This document shows positions 45,031 to 55,835 of a stretch of DNA of 64,000 bases, piece by piece. The position numbers and the translations under genes were made by a program. Position 1 is the first letter of the stretch. Each line of letters starts with the position of its first letter. The stretch is taken from the NCBI GenBank assembly GCA_030432195.1, contig JAUIHE010000002.1, positions 5,045 through 69,044 on the forward strand. Direction: 5' to 3'. The DNA is from Alphaproteobacteria bacterium. Lineage in GTDB: Bacteria; Pseudomonadota; Alphaproteobacteria; UBA7985; JAUIBT01. The notes under the pieces are model-generated. The model made no database searches. It was not told where the DNA came from and saw only the letters and a program-made list of their open reading frames with translations.

Positions 45031-46035
45031 ATGAGCAAGACCGCTGTTACCCAAGAGACCGTTGCTCGTGAATTCGACGGCCAGCGCTTGGATCGCTGGT
45101 TCAAACAGCACCGACCCGGCCTCAGTTTTGGGCGTCTGTCGAAGTTGCTGCGCACGGGGCAAATTCGGGTCGATTCCAAGCGCGCCAAGCCCGACACCCG
45201 ACTGAGCGCCGGGCAGATTATCCGCATTCCACCGTTGGACATCGAAGCGCTGGCAGCGCCTGCGGGCAGCACGACGGCCGCGCGTCCCTCGCTCAGTGAA
45301 GCAGACCGGAGCCTTTTAGACGACGCGCTGATCTATGAAGACGATGATCTGGTAGCGCTCAACAAACCGCCGGGGTTGGCGGTGCAAGGCGGGTCGGGCA
45401 CGTCACGACACCTGGATGGCATGGTCGCCGCTTGGCGCAAGCAGGGCCGGTTGCGCTTGGTTCACCGTCTGGACAAAGACACTTCTGGCTTGATTTTGCT
45501 GGCAAAGAGCGTCGGCGCGGCCAATCGTTTGACGCAAGCGTTTAAGACCGGCCAGATTGAAAAGACCTATTGGGCGATCGTCGTTGGGCGTCCGCCCTTT
45601 TTGTCCGGCGAGATCAAAGCCCCCATCGCCAAAATGCCAGGCGGTGGCACAGGCGCGGAAAAGATGATGGTCAGCGATCAAGGCCAGTTCGCATTGACCC
45701 ATTATCAGGTGGTGGACCGCGCGGGCCATCGGGCGGCCTGGCTGGCGCTGTCGCCGCGTACCGGTCGCACGCATCAGCTTCGCGTGCATTGTTTGCACAT
45801 GGAAACGCCGATCTTGGGCGATGGTAAGTATGGCGGCCAGCAAGCCTTTTTGGATGGCCTGGATTTATCGCGCAAATTGCACCTGCACGCCCGTCAGCTT
45901 GTGGTCCCCCACCCCGAGCTAGGCGAGTTGCGGCTAACCGCCGACCTGCCGCCGCACATGGTGACGACGTTTGAAACCTTGGGCTTCAGCCTGGGCCAGG
46001 CCCGCGATTTGGATGAAGACGCGCCCTGGCGCTAA
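45031..46035 (+). CDS. rluC: RluA/RluC-family 23S rRNA pseudouridine synthase
   Basis: The ATG at 45031 gives an S4-like N-terminus and catalytic HRLDKDTSGL. The track ORF start at 44872 overlaps crcB. Confidence 0.85.
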   Translation: MSKTAVTQETVAREFDGQRLDRWFKQHRPGLSFGRLSKLLRTGQIRVDSKRAKPDTRLSAGQIIRIPPLDIEALAAPAGSTTAARPSLSEADRSLLDDALIYEDDDLVALNKPPGLAVQGGSGTSRHLDGMVAAWRKQGRLRLVHRLDKDTSGLILLAKSVGAANRLTQAFKTGQIEKTYWAIVVGRPPFLSGEIKAPIAKMPGGGTGAEKMMVSDQGQFALTHYQVVDRAGHRAAWLALSPRTGRTHQLRVHCLHMETPILGDGKYGGQQAFLDGLDLSRKLHLHARQLVVPHPELGELRLTADLPPHMVTTFETLGFSLGQARDLDEDAPWR

Positions 46036-46080
46036 GGCAGGACAGATGCGGCAATCGACGCTGACGAAATTGGAGTGTTC

Positions 46081-46755
46081 ATGAACCAACCCGCACACCG
46101 CTTCCGGCTTTTGGCTTTCGATTTTGACGGTACGCTGGCCGACAGCAGTGCCAATATCTATTATGCCGCCCAAGGGGCGTTTCGCGCACTTGGCTTGGAC
46201 TATCCAGGAGACGCGGCCGTGGGCGCGACCGTTGGCTTGGACCTGATGGGCTGCGCGCGGCGCTGGTTGCCAGAGGGCAGCGAACAGGATCACCTGGCGT
46301 TGGCCGACGCCTACCGCCACAGCTTTGTGAGTATGCGCCAGCAAGACGACTTCCACGAGCCCTTGTTTCAAGGCGTAAGGGAGACCCTGAGTGCGCTCAG
46401 CCATGATGCCGTGTTCATGGGAATTTGTACGGGTAAGAATCGGCGTGGCCTGGATCACATGCTGGGCTATCACGGCATCGATCACCATTTTCACACCCTG
46501 CAAACGCCGGATACCAATGCCTCCAAACCAGCGCCGGACATGGTGTTCAGCGCGTTGAACGAGACAGGATGCGAGGCGCCTGATTGCGTCGTCATTGGCG
46601 ACACAACCTTTGATATGGCGATGGCCAAGGCTGCGGGTGCCGTGGCGATTGGCGTTTCCTATGGGCACCATCTGGAAGAACAACTCTTGCAGGCGGGGGC
46701 AGACCTGATGATCCATACCATGACAGAATTACCCGACGCGCTGTCACGGCTGTAG
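46081..46755 (+). CDS. HAD-superfamily hydrolase (phosphoglycolate-phosphatase-like)
   Basis: FDFDGTLADS motif I, GICTGK, GDTTFDM; GGAG lies 6 nt before the ATG at 46081. Confidence 0.8.
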   Translation: MNQPAHRFRLLAFDFDGTLADSSANIYYAAQGAFRALGLDYPGDAAVGATVGLDLMGCARRWLPEGSEQDHLALADAYRHSFVSMRQQDDFHEPLFQGVRETLSALSHDAVFMGICTGKNRRGLDHMLGYHGIDHHFHTLQTPDTNASKPAPDMVFSALNETGCEAPDCVVIGDTTFDMAMAKAAGAVAIGVSYGHHLEEQLLQAGADLMIHTMTELPDALSRL

Positions 46756-46814
46756 AACAGGCCCGCCTCGATTTAATGCCGGCCCGCCTAGGTGTCGGCA
46801 GGCCAGGGGTTGCA

Positions 46815-48110
46815 TCAGCTTGGCAGGATTCCTGTCGCCATTACCGGCAGTTTGGCTCCAAAGCCTTGGCCGAATCCCATTGCTTCAGTTATGAGCCGCT
46901 TTTTCAGCCGCGGCATGCGGTCCACGACCGCAAGGCCCATGTCGCGGGCGATCCGCAGCGGCGGGAACCCGGTTGAGAATAGCCGGTCAAGCGCATCGGT
47001 TGCGGCCAGCATGGCGGCATTATCGGGGCGCCGCCAGGCTTGATAGCGCTCCAGTTGATGCAAGTCGCCTAAGGCCAGGCCGCGTTTGCGCGACTCCACT
47101 AAGTTTTCGGCCAGGCTCGCGATGTCTTTGAGCGCCAGATTAAAGCCCTGGCCTGCGATGGGGTGAACGCCGTGGGCGGCATCGCCGACCAACGCCAGCC
47201 CCGGCATCACATAGCGGTCAGCATGCTGCGCGGACAGCGGGTAGACCCAGCGTTGCCCCACGGGCGTCAGGCGCCCCAGCCATGGGCCAAAGCTGGCGTT
47301 CAGGCAGTCGGCCAAGTCGTTTTGATCAAGTTTTGACAGGCCCTTAACGGCCGCCTCTGATTTCGTCCAGACCAGAGAAGAACGATGGGTGCCGTCCGGT
47401 AGGTCGGGCAGGGGCAGGGCTGCGAAGGGACCGTCTGGCATGAAGTGCTCATAGGCCCAATTGTTGTGCGGCTGCTCGTGGTGCAGGCAGGTCACCAGCG
47501 CCCACTGATTATAGGGGATAAAGCGCAGCCCGATCTTGGCGGCCTTGCGGGTCGGGGAGGGGCGTCCGTCGCAGGCCAGGACCAAATCAGCTTGCAAGCG
47601 GCGTCCGTCCTTCATGCCCAGGACGGGAAGCGGGTCAGAAAAATCGAAATCGGCGACCTCGCACTCAGTCCAAAGCTTGTCGCCCAGCGCCTTGCTCATC
47701 GCCTGGAACAGGACGCGGCGGATGGGCTGGTTTTCCGTGATGTAGCCCATGGGCCCGCTTTTGTAGGTCTCGGCCTCACGAAGCCCCAGGTCGTCGACAT
47801 TGAAGGTCATTTGCAGCGGCGAAATTCGGCCGTTGCGTTTGGCGTCTGTAATGCGGATGTGATCGATGGCGCTGGCATAGGGCGCCATATCGTCCCACAG
47901 CTCCAGGGCCTCAAAGATCTGTTGCCCTGCCTTTGCAATAGCATGGCCGCGTCCGTCGAACCCGTCGTCTAGCGTGGTTGGGTAGGGCGCGCGCTCAATC
48001 AAACGCACGTCAAAGCCAAGGCGCGCAAAGGTGATGGCGGTCGTCATGCCGGCAAAACTGCCGCCGATAATGGCTATTTCACAGCGTTCGCTGGCGGGGG
48101 CGGTTGGCAT
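46815..48110 (-). CDS. FAD-dependent ubiquinone biosynthesis hydroxylase (UbiH/UbiF/VisC/COQ6 family)
   Basis: 431 aa; IIGGSFAGM dinucleotide fold, LVGDAAHGVHPIAGQGFN. Confidence 0.85.
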   Translation of the reverse strand: MPTAPASERCEIAIIGGSFAGMTTAITFARLGFDVRLIERAPYPTTLDDGFDGRGHAIAKAGQQIFEALELWDDMAPYASAIDHIRITDAKRNGRISPLQMTFNVDDLGLREAETYKSGPMGYITENQPIRRVLFQAMSKALGDKLWTECEVADFDFSDPLPVLGMKDGRRLQADLVLACDGRPSPTRKAAKIGLRFIPYNQWALVTCLHHEQPHNNWAYEHFMPDGPFAALPLPDLPDGTHRSSLVWTKSEAAVKGLSKLDQNDLADCLNASFGPWLGRLTPVGQRWVYPLSAQHADRYVMPGLALVGDAAHGVHPIAGQGFNLALKDIASLAENLVESRKRGLALGDLHQLERYQAWRRPDNAAMLAATDALDRLFSTGFPPLRIARDMGLAVVDRMPRLKKRLITEAMGFGQGFGAKLPVMATGILPS

Positions 48111-48584
48111 GAGCAGGCTCCTTTCGCAAGAGCGAGGGATGGAAGAAATGGCGGTGCGCCTTGGGTGTCCACAGGCGAGACACGGCTGATGCTCTCAATA
48201 TAGAAGGCTAGGGCCCAGTTGCGGCTAGGACAAGGAAGCGCAGCGGCATTCTACGGCCTTCTCGTGCAAGTTGGAGCAGTTCGCAAGAAATGATTAAAAG
48301 TTAGCCAATACTGAAAAACGATCAAAAAAATGGCTGAAAAATGTTCATGAGTGATGAAAAATTAATCTATTGATTGATCGTATTCGCCGCTGCCTTCCCC
48401 TCGATTGGCTGCAATCTTGATCACCTAAGCATATGGATAACAACAATAAAATGGAGATCTTGGCGAGTTGGCACGATCTGTGAAAGGAGAAAGCGAGAGG
48501 CAGAGCCACACCCGCGGCTTTGTTCCCGCCAAAGAAAGACAACCCTAACCTCCAAATCACAATGACCAACTAGGGAAAAACCTT

Positions 48585-49991
48585 ATGTTTCGAGCTTCCT
48601 TGAGCAAACTAAACCCGATACCCAGCCCAAAGATCCGACCGCTGGCGGCCCGGGCCCACGCATCCGCTGGAGTCTCGACCCCCACGCTCGCACTGGCCTT
48701 GCTGGCTGGTGGCTGGCTGGTGATGGGCAGTCCAGCGCAAGCCGCTGTTGACCCTGAAATCGCACACATCTTTAACACCTTCTCCTTCTTGGTTTGCGGC
48801 GCCTTGGTGATGTTCATGGCCGCTGGCTTTGCCATGCTTGAGGCCGGACTGGTGCGTTCAAAGAACGTGGCCACCATCTGTTTGAAGAACATCGCGCTCT
48901 ACGCTGTGGCCGGGCTGCTGTTCTATTTGGTCGGCTATTCGATCATGTATCCAGGCGACGCTTGGCTGACAGGCAGCCTTGAATACCTCGGCTTTTCCAA
49001 CGCTGGCTTCCTCTACAACGCCACCGATGCTTCAGCGCCTGACCTGGCGACCGGCTATTCGGTGTCGTCAGACTGGTTCTTCCAGATGGTCTTTGTTGCG
49101 ACCGCCGCTTCAGTGGTCTCAGGCACTATTGCCGAACGTACCAAACTGTGGAGCTTCATGGTCTTCGTCGTCGTGCTTACCGGCATTATTTATCCGATCC
49201 AGGGGTCTTGGACTTGGGGCGCAGGCTGGTTGGCCGACTTGGGCTTTAGTGATTTTGCAGGTTCGACCATCGTACACTCTGTTGGTGGCTGGGCGGCATT
49301 GGTCGGCGCTTTGATGGTTGGCCCGCGTATTGGCAAGTTCAGCGGCAAGAAGATCAACGCTCTGCCGGGCTCCAGCATGCCCTTGGCGACCCTGGGTACG
49401 TTCATCTTGTGGCTCGGCTGGTTCGGTTTCAACGGCGGCTCCGTGCTGGCCCTTGGTTCGGCCGATAGCGCAACTGCCATGTCTATTGTCTTTGTGAACA
49501 CCAATTTGGCCGCCGCCGGAGGCGTTGTCGCTGCCATGCTGACCGCTCAGCTTTGGTTCGGTAAAGTCGATTTGACCATGGCTCTGAATGGTGCGCTGGC
49601 TGGTCTTGTCTCTATTACCGCTGGTCCGGACCTGTCCAATCACTTGCTGTCGATCGTGATCGGAAGCATTGGCGGCGCGCTGTGTGTGGCCTCGGTCGTT
49701 GTCCTGGAGCGCTTGCGGATTGACGATGTGGTCGGCGCAATCTCGGTCCACTTGGTTTGCGGTATCTGGGGAACGCTGGCCGTCGGTATCTTCGGCGCAG
49801 GCGACCTGGGCGTTCAAATCGTTGGTATCCTGGCCATTGGTGCCTTTGTGTCCATCGCTTCCTTGATTACTTGGTTTGTTATCGACGTGACCATGGGTCT
49901 GCGGGTTAGCACCGAAGATGAAATCTCTGGCCTGGATGAAGCTGAAGTTGGCCTTCAGGCTTACCCCGAGTTCGGCAAGAACTCCTTCTAA
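48585..49991 (+). CDS. amt: ammonium transporter
   Basis: 468 aa; signal peptide then FMAAGFAMLEAGLVRSKN and AGSTIVHSVGGW Amt signatures. Confidence 0.95.
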   Translation: MFRASLSKLNPIPSPKIRPLAARAHASAGVSTPTLALALLAGGWLVMGSPAQAAVDPEIAHIFNTFSFLVCGALVMFMAAGFAMLEAGLVRSKNVATICLKNIALYAVAGLLFYLVGYSIMYPGDAWLTGSLEYLGFSNAGFLYNATDASAPDLATGYSVSSDWFFQMVFVATAASVVSGTIAERTKLWSFMVFVVVLTGIIYPIQGSWTWGAGWLADLGFSDFAGSTIVHSVGGWAALVGALMVGPRIGKFSGKKINALPGSSMPLATLGTFILWLGWFGFNGGSVLALGSADSATAMSIVFVNTNLAAAGGVVAAMLTAQLWFGKVDLTMALNGALAGLVSITAGPDLSNHLLSIVIGSIGGALCVASVVVLERLRIDDVVGAISVHLVCGIWGTLAVGIFGAGDLGVQIVGILAIGAFVSIASLITWFVIDVTMGLRVSTEDEISGLDEAEVGLQAYPEFGKNSF

Positions 49992-50235
49992 CATCGCCGA
50001 TAGCGGCGACGATGAAGGCCACCGAGACGAGGCCTTCAGATCTGGCGAGCCAGTGGTTTCAACAAACTGGCCGCCAGCCCCCCTTTTCAAAGATTGGTGG
50101 GGCCTGCCCAAGGGCCTCTACCTAAACGGTGCGTTCCCCAACTAACTTGGCGGGGATGGCGATCTTCCCTTGTCATCCTCGCCAAGCCCTTTTATGGGCA
50201 AGAGTATGGAACCTGCCTTTTTCTTACTGCCTGAC

Positions 50236-51414
50236 ATGAGCGTGCTTGAGGCTTCGACCCGCATGCACCCCTTTACCAAGGCCCGCGCGCTGTTGGATCA
50301 CCACAAGCCGGGCAAGGAGCCGGTCGCGCTGACCATTGGCGAACCGCAAAATCAGCCCCCAGCTTTTCTAGCCGATGTCATCGCCGCGCACGCATCTGAG
50401 TTCAATCGTTATCCGCCCAACCAGGGCTCGGATGACCTGTTGGAGGCTCAGATCGCTTGGTTGAAAAAACGTTATGATTTGGGGCCGGTGGACTTGGTAC
50501 CTCAGCGGGACCTGTTAGCGTCGGCGGGCAGCCGCGAAGGCATTACCATGGCTATTCGTGCCGCTGTGGCGCGCAAGCAAGCAGAAGGCATTGCCAAGCC
50601 TTTGGTGATGATGCCGAACCCATTCTATCATTCCTATGTCGGGGCTTGTTTGTCGGCGGGCGGCCAAGCGGTGCTGGTCAACGCTGAAGCCGACACGGGC
50701 TTTTTGCCAGATTTTGATGCCGTGCCCGACGAATTGTGGCGCCAAAGTGCCGCGGTGATTTTGTGTTCGCCTTCAAACCCGCAAGGCGCGGTGGCCAGCG
50801 CTGCGGCACTCAAGGCTTTGGCCGAGCGCGCGCGGCGATTTGATTGCTGGGCCATTTTCGATGATTGCTATGCTGAGATCTACCGCGATACGCCGCCGCC
50901 CGGTGTGCTGGCCCAGCTTGCGGGCGACTATGCAAATGTGTTGGTACTGCACTCCATGTCCAAGCGTTCCAGCGCGGCAGGTCTAAGGTGCGGTTTCATC
51001 ACCGGTGACCGCGCGGCCATCGCCGATGTGGCGGCGATCATGAAGTTCACGGGCGCGGCTATCGCAGCACCCTTGCAGGCCGGCGCGGCGGCGCTGTTGC
51101 GGGACGAGGCTCATGTTGCGGCCAACCGAGCCCGCTACAACGCGGCCTTCGACGCGGCCCGTCAGGTGTTTGATTGCCCCACGCCAGAGGGGGGCTTCTT
51201 TTTGTGGTTGCCCGTGGACAGCGCCGAAGAGGCTTGCCTTCAACTCTGGAAGGAAGAAGGCATCCGCACCCTGCCGGGCGACTCTGTTGCGTTTGGAGAA
51301 GGCGATCGCAACCCAGGTTCACAATATTTGCGCCTGGCTCTCGTAATTGAGCCCAATTTGCTGCCTAGTTTGCTAGGGCGCGTGGCAGATTGCTTGAAAG
51401 ATCGCCTTCGCTAG
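50236..51414 (+). CDS. class I/II PLP-dependent aminotransferase (succinyldiaminopimelate-aminotransferase-like)
   Basis: SMSKRSSAAGLRCGF lysine motif, PSNPQG. Start uncertain (track 50170; ATG 50236 gives MSVLEASTRMHPFTKARALL). Confidence 0.8.
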   Translation: MSVLEASTRMHPFTKARALLDHHKPGKEPVALTIGEPQNQPPAFLADVIAAHASEFNRYPPNQGSDDLLEAQIAWLKKRYDLGPVDLVPQRDLLASAGSREGITMAIRAAVARKQAEGIAKPLVMMPNPFYHSYVGACLSAGGQAVLVNAEADTGFLPDFDAVPDELWRQSAAVILCSPSNPQGAVASAAALKALAERARRFDCWAIFDDCYAEIYRDTPPPGVLAQLAGDYANVLVLHSMSKRSSAAGLRCGFITGDRAAIADVAAIMKFTGAAIAAPLQAGAAALLRDEAHVAANRARYNAAFDAARQVFDCPTPEGGFFLWLPVDSAEEACLQLWKEEGIRTLPGDSVAFGEGDRNPGSQYLRLALVIEPNLLPSLLGRVADCLKDRLR

Positions 51415-51543
51415 GCAGCCATATGGCGGTGTCTGGGACATATTTCCAGCGCCGACATTTTGGACTTCTTCAGCGCTTTGCCGTGCCGCGAGAGGCAGGA
51501 TTTTTCCTGCCTGTTTATTGGTTTATGGATTTTAAGCGTTCGT

Positions 51544-54500
51544 ATGGCTCTGCAGTACCCCGCATATCAAACTCGCCCCCAGGATCAAGCCCAGTCCGAT
51601 GCACATGTGATGCAGGCTGGAGGTCAGACGTCCAGTGAGCCAAGCGGCGCTGAACGTCGGCGGACCAAGGCGCCAGCGCGATCACATGTCAGGCAGGCGG
51701 CACGCAAGCACGACCAAAATGCTCCAAGCGCAACGACCCAGTTTGCGATGCGCCCGCAAGGCGGCGCCTATCTGGACCCCTATGATGATATTGAAGAGTT
51801 GCCCAGCTATAGCTCGGCGGCCAATCAGGCGGCCGCGAGTGCGGCGGCATCCGGCCCTGCGACGCCCGGCTATAGCTCTTATGTCGAAGATTGGGTGGCC
51901 CCTGAGCCTTTGCAACCAGAAACGCTGCCCCGCCAACGCCTATTGCCCGAGGGTTTCGGTGCCAAGTGGCGCATCGGTTGGGTGCGTTGGCATGCTCTGG
52001 CCTATGGCGTGCTGAGCTTGCTGCTGATTTTAGCGCTGGGCAGCTATAGCCCTGTTGACAATTCGTGGAATTCTTCTGGCGCGGCGGGCACTCAAAACCT
52101 GTTGGGCCAACCGGGCGCGGTTTTGGCCGACTTTATCGTGCAACTGTTTGGCTACAGCGCGTTCTTTTTGCCCTGTGTGGCAATTGTGATGGCCACGCAA
52201 GTTTTGTCACACGGTCGCGTGCCACGCCTGGCAAGCCGGCTAATCTACTTGGCTCTGGGCCTGACCTTGTTCTCTGCGGCCCTAAACATTACCGGTATGC
52301 CCAGTCACTGGGGGCGTCCAGACCGTTGGGGCGGCGCGTTGGGCTACCTGCTGCAGTACAACCTCAAGACTTGGCTGTATTTGCCCTACTGGGCGTCAGC
52401 GCTGGTGGCGCTGGTGCCAAGCCTCATGCTGCTTGGATCGGCTATGGGTATCGCCCCGCGCGAATGGCAGCGCTTGGCTGAAGCCATTAGCGACCGCTTG
52501 GTGCCCTTGGGTCAAGAAGCGGGTCATCGTGTGGACCAAGGTGTTCGCCAGGGCCTGCGCAGTGCCTGGCGGCAAGGTCAGCGGTCGAGCAGTTGGTTGA
52601 ACAGAGCAGGCCAAGCAAAGAAGCAGGCGGCCACTAGTCAACAGGCCGCGCGTCAGCCAGTTGGCAATCAACCGGTCGGCAGTCAACCGGTCGGCAGTCA
52701 ACCGGTCGGCAGTCGGCCGGGTGGTGCTTTGGATCATCGCCAGCCAGGGGCGGGTGCCCCCGTGGCACCTGCTGCCCCCGCTTGGGCGCAACAGGCACAC
52801 AATCAACAGGCCCGCAATCACCATCAGAGGCAGCAAGCCGACGCGCAACCCATGCCACAGCCTGCCGCCTACCCCAACCAGGCACCCCAGCATCCGTTGC
52901 GGCGCAACCAAATGGATCGTCGGCAAGCAGAACGGCTAGCGCGTGGCCCCCATGTGGCGAACCTGACTGCGCATCAGCCGATGGCAGCTCCGGCTACCCC
53001 TGGCCCGCACGCGGCAAGCTATCACGACTATAACAGCCAGCCGGCAGCCATGCGACGATTGGCAGAACGGGAAGCCCGTGAGCGCGCCTTGGCGGCTATG
53101 GAAGAAAATGCCCGGCAGATCGCGGCTCAACGCGCGGCGCAACGTCAGCCCAGTGCGACTTCGGTCAGCCCCGGCTATGGCGCGCCTTTGAGCGCCCAGC
53201 GCATTGAGCCAACCAACGCCAGTGCGAGCCAGGAAGCCGCTTACCTGTCTCCGCATGGTCATGCTGCCCCGAATGCGGGCGATGTCGCGCCGGCCGCTGA
53301 TCCTTATGCGGCCTATCAGCCGATCGTTGGTGGTGATTTTGTCGCCAAGCACGCACGCGCGCAGGCTCAGCCCTTAGAGGAGCAACCACCAATGGCGGAT
53401 GCGCAAGCCGATCTTGCCGCTCGCACCCAGGCCGCTTTGGAGCAAATGGCAGGCCCTGCGTATGCCGAACGTGCAAGCGTGCCACAGTGGGATGAACAGC
53501 AGTGGGATACACAACAGGCTTATGAAGCGTCTCATGAAGGCTTCTATGAAGACACCTATGACGCTCAGCATGAAGACTCATTGGAAGATGATGCTTGGCA
53601 GGCTTTTGAAGACGGTCAGCAGCAAGCCCCCGTTGCGGTGGTCCATCAAGAAGAGCAAGCCACCGCGTTGGAGCGTGACCAGGGGGCTCCTTGGGACGAC
53701 AGCGTCGATGAAGCGCTTGGCTTCGCGCCCGGTCACGATGATTCAGAGCAGGACGCAGCGGGCCGTGATGCAGGCCTGGACGTAGAGGCCTGGGATGGCG
53801 AGGAGTACGATCGCGAAGACGGCTGCGGTCAAAGGGCAACGGGTGAGGACTTTGACCAAGATGATTTTGACCAAGATGATTTTGACCAAGATGATTTTGA
53901 GCAAGACGACTTAGACCAAGACGACTTAGACCAAGACGACCTGGACTATGACCACGTTGACCATGACCATAGGGACGCTCAATCTTGGCAGGAACAGGAT
54001 TGGTCTGAGGATGACGCGGCGACAGCCCCAGCGCTGAGCGCAGCGCCAGCCCAAAGAGCGGCCGTGAGCCCGCCTGCGGCACCGGTCTCGACGGCACCTG
54101 TGCAAACGGCCGCAGCGGTTTCAGCATCCAATGCTGGGTATCGCCCCGCGGGCTACGAGCCTGAGCCCATGAGCGCTGAGCCCATGAGCGCTGAGCGCAA
54201 AGTGATGCCGGTTTCTTCGGCGCAACTGGCGGTGCAAAGCCACCAAGGCACCTATGAACCGCCGCGCTTGGACTATCTTAGCGACGCTGACCCGGGTCAA
54301 CTCGCCAACCGCTTGACCGCTGAAGAAGCGCACGAAAATGCGCGGATGTTGGAGAGCGTGTTGTCCGATTTCAACGTCAAAGGCACGATCGTCAACGTAA
54401 AGCCGGGCCCGGTGGTCACGCTGTACGAACTGGAGCCTGCGCCGGGCACCAAGACCAGCCGGGTCGTCGGTTTGGCGGACGATATCGCGCGCTCCATGTC

Positions 54501-55794
54501 AGCATTGTCAGCGCGTATTGCGGTCGTACCTGGGCGCAATGTCATTGGTATTGAGCTGCCAAACCCGCGCCGCGAGACCGTCTATTTCCGTGAGATGCTG
54601 GAAAGCCAGGCCTACCGAGAGCCCGGTTTCAAACTGCCGCTGGCGCTCGGAAAAGATATCGGCGGTGAGCCAGTTGCCGTGGATTTGGCCAAGATGCCCC
54701 ACTTGCTGATTGCCGGTACAACGGGTTCGGGCAAGTCGGTGGCGGTCAACACCATGATCCTGTCGCTGCTCTACCGCCTGGGCCCAGAACAGTGCAAATT
54801 CATCATGATCGACCCAAAGATGCTGGAATTGTCCGTTTACGACGGCATCCCGCATCTGCTGTGCCCGACTGTTGTTGACCCGAAAAAAGCGGTGGTGGCG
54901 CTCAATTGGGCGGTGCGCGAGATGGAAGATCGCTATAAGGCCATGAGCCAAGTAGGCGTGCGTAACATCGCCGGCTTCAACAAGCGCTTGGCCGAAGCCC
55001 GCGCCAAAGGCGAGGTCATTTTGCGGCGCGTGCAGACCGGCTTTAACCCTGAAACCGGCGAGGCGGTGTTTGAAGAGCAGGAGATGGACCTGACGCCGCT
55101 GCCCTACATCGTCATTATCATCGACGAATTGGCGGACTTGATGCTGGTTGCGGGTAAGGACATCGAATCGGCCTTGCAGCGCTTGGCGCAAATGGCTCGC
55201 GCGGCGGGCCTGCACCTTGTTATGGCGACGCAAAGACCGTCGGTCGATGTTATCACCGGAACGATAAAGGCCAACTTCCCGACGCGGATTTCGTTCCACG
55301 TCACCTCAAAGATCGACTCGCGAACCATCTTGGGTGAAATGGGTGCCGAACAGTTGTTGGGTATGGGCGATATGCTCTACCAACCATCGGGCGGCCGTTT
55401 GAAGCGCGTCCACGGCCCATTTTCCAGCGATGACGAAGTGGAAAAGGTGGTGTCCTTCCTTAAGGCTCAAGGGGCGCCCTCATATATCGGCTCAATAACC
55501 GAGGAAGCCGATGCGGACGAGAGCGACGAGCGAGTCGATGACGAGGCGGCGGGCGTCGGTCAAGGCTTTGGTCATGGCTTCGGCAACTCAGGAGACGAAC
55601 TTTACGATCAAGCTGTGGCCATAGTCTTGAAGCACAAAAAGGCCTCGACGTCCTTTGTTCAACGCCAACTGCAAATCGGCTATAACCGTGCGGCGCGTTT
55701 GATTGAACGCATGGAAGAGGAGGGGTTGATATCCTCTTCAGATCATGTCGGTCGTCGTCAAATTTTGGTCGGCGGGGATTCGGCGGATATCTAG
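51544..55794 (+). CDS. ftsK: DNA translocase FtsK with an unusually long low-complexity linker
   Basis: N-terminal TM domain from about 52000; motor with Walker A GTTGSGKS; gamma domain ([20 protein letters not shown]). The track ORF is 1444 aa from 51460. Start uncertain (51460, 51544 or 51610). Confidence 0.95.
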   Translation: MALQYPAYQTRPQDQAQSDAHVMQAGGQTSSEPSGAERRRTKAPARSHVRQAARKHDQNAPSATTQFAMRPQGGAYLDPYDDIEELPSYSSAANQAAASAAASGPATPGYSSYVEDWVAPEPLQPETLPRQRLLPEGFGAKWRIGWVRWHALAYGVLSLLLILALGSYSPVDNSWNSSGAAGTQNLLGQPGAVLADFIVQLFGYSAFFLPCVAIVMATQVLSHGRVPRLASRLIYLALGLTLFSAALNITGMPSHWGRPDRWGGALGYLLQYNLKTWLYLPYWASALVALVPSLMLLGSAMGIAPREWQRLAEAISDRLVPLGQEAGHRVDQGVRQGLRSAWRQGQRSSSWLNRAGQAKKQAATSQQAARQPVGNQPVGSQPVGSQPVGSRPGGALDHRQPGAGAPVAPAAPAWAQQAHNQQARNHHQRQQADAQPMPQPAAYPNQAPQHPLRRNQMDRRQAERLARGPHVANLTAHQPMAAPATPGPHAASYHDYNSQPAAMRRLAEREARERALAAMEENARQIAAQRAAQRQPSATSVSPGYGAPLSAQRIEPTNASASQEAAYLSPHGHAAPNAGDVAPAADPYAAYQPIVGGDFVAKHARAQAQPLEEQPPMADAQADLAARTQAALEQMAGPAYAERASVPQWDEQQWDTQQAYEASHEGFYEDTYDAQHEDSLEDDAWQAFEDGQQQAPVAVVHQEEQATALERDQGAPWDDSVDEALGFAPGHDDSEQDAAGRDAGLDVEAWDGEEYDREDGCGQRATGEDFDQDDFDQDDFDQDDFEQDDLDQDDLDQDDLDYDHVDHDHRDAQSWQEQDWSEDDAATAPALSAAPAQRAAVSPPAAPVSTAPVQTAAAVSASNAGYRPAGYEPEPMSAEPMSAERKVMPVSSAQLAVQSHQGTYEPPRLDYLSDADPGQLANRLTAEEAHENARMLESVLSDFNVKGTIVNVKPGPVVTLYELEPAPGTKTSRVVGLADDIARSMSALSARIAVVPGRNVIGIELPNPRRETVYFREMLESQAYREPGFKLPLALGKDIGGEPVAVDLAKMPHLLIAGTTGSGKSVAVNTMILSLLYRLGPEQCKFIMIDPKMLELSVYDGIPHLLCPTVVDPKKAVVALNWAVREMEDRYKAMSQVGVRNIAGFNKRLAEARAKGEVILRRVQTGFNPETGEAVFEEQEMDLTPLPYIVIIIDELADLMLVAGKDIESALQRLAQMARAAGLHLVMATQRPSVDVITGTIKANFPTRISFHVTSKIDSRTILGEMGAEQLLGMGDMLYQPSGGRLKRVHGPFSSDDEVEKVVSFLKAQGAPSYIGSITEEADADESDERVDDEAAGVGQGFGHGFGNSGDELYDQAVAIVLKHKKASTSFVQRQLQIGYNRAARLIERMEEEGLISSSDHVGRRQILVGGDSADI
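52654..52728 (+). repeat. 15-bp in-frame tandem repeat x5 (CAACCGGTCGGCAGT; QPVGS) in the ftsK linker
   Basis: Three perfect central units at 52669-52713, flanked by diverged units. Confidence 0.9.
53848..53967 (+). repeat. 15-bp in-frame tandem repeat x8 (GATTTTGACCAAGAT family; [10 protein letters not shown]) in the ftsK linker
   Basis: Protein reads [41 protein letters not shown]. Confidence 0.9.
54161..54198 (+). repeat. 15-bp tandem repeat x2.5 (CTGAGCCCATGAGCG; EPMSA) in the ftsK linker
   Basis: Perfect units at 54161-54175 and 54176-54190. Confidence 0.85.
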
Positions 55795-55835
55795 TCTGCG
55801 CCTTGCTGATCGCCCACCTGTTACGGAACGTATGT

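Noticed and set aside
48469-48484. Sigma54-type promoter TGGCACGATCTGTGAA about 100 nt upstream of amt.
   Set aside because: The -24 TGGCAC and the spacing are good. But the -12 element reads GTGAA instead of TTGCW and loses the conserved C, and I found no convincing NtrC half-sites (TGCACC-N5-GGTGCA) upstream. It is too weak to call.
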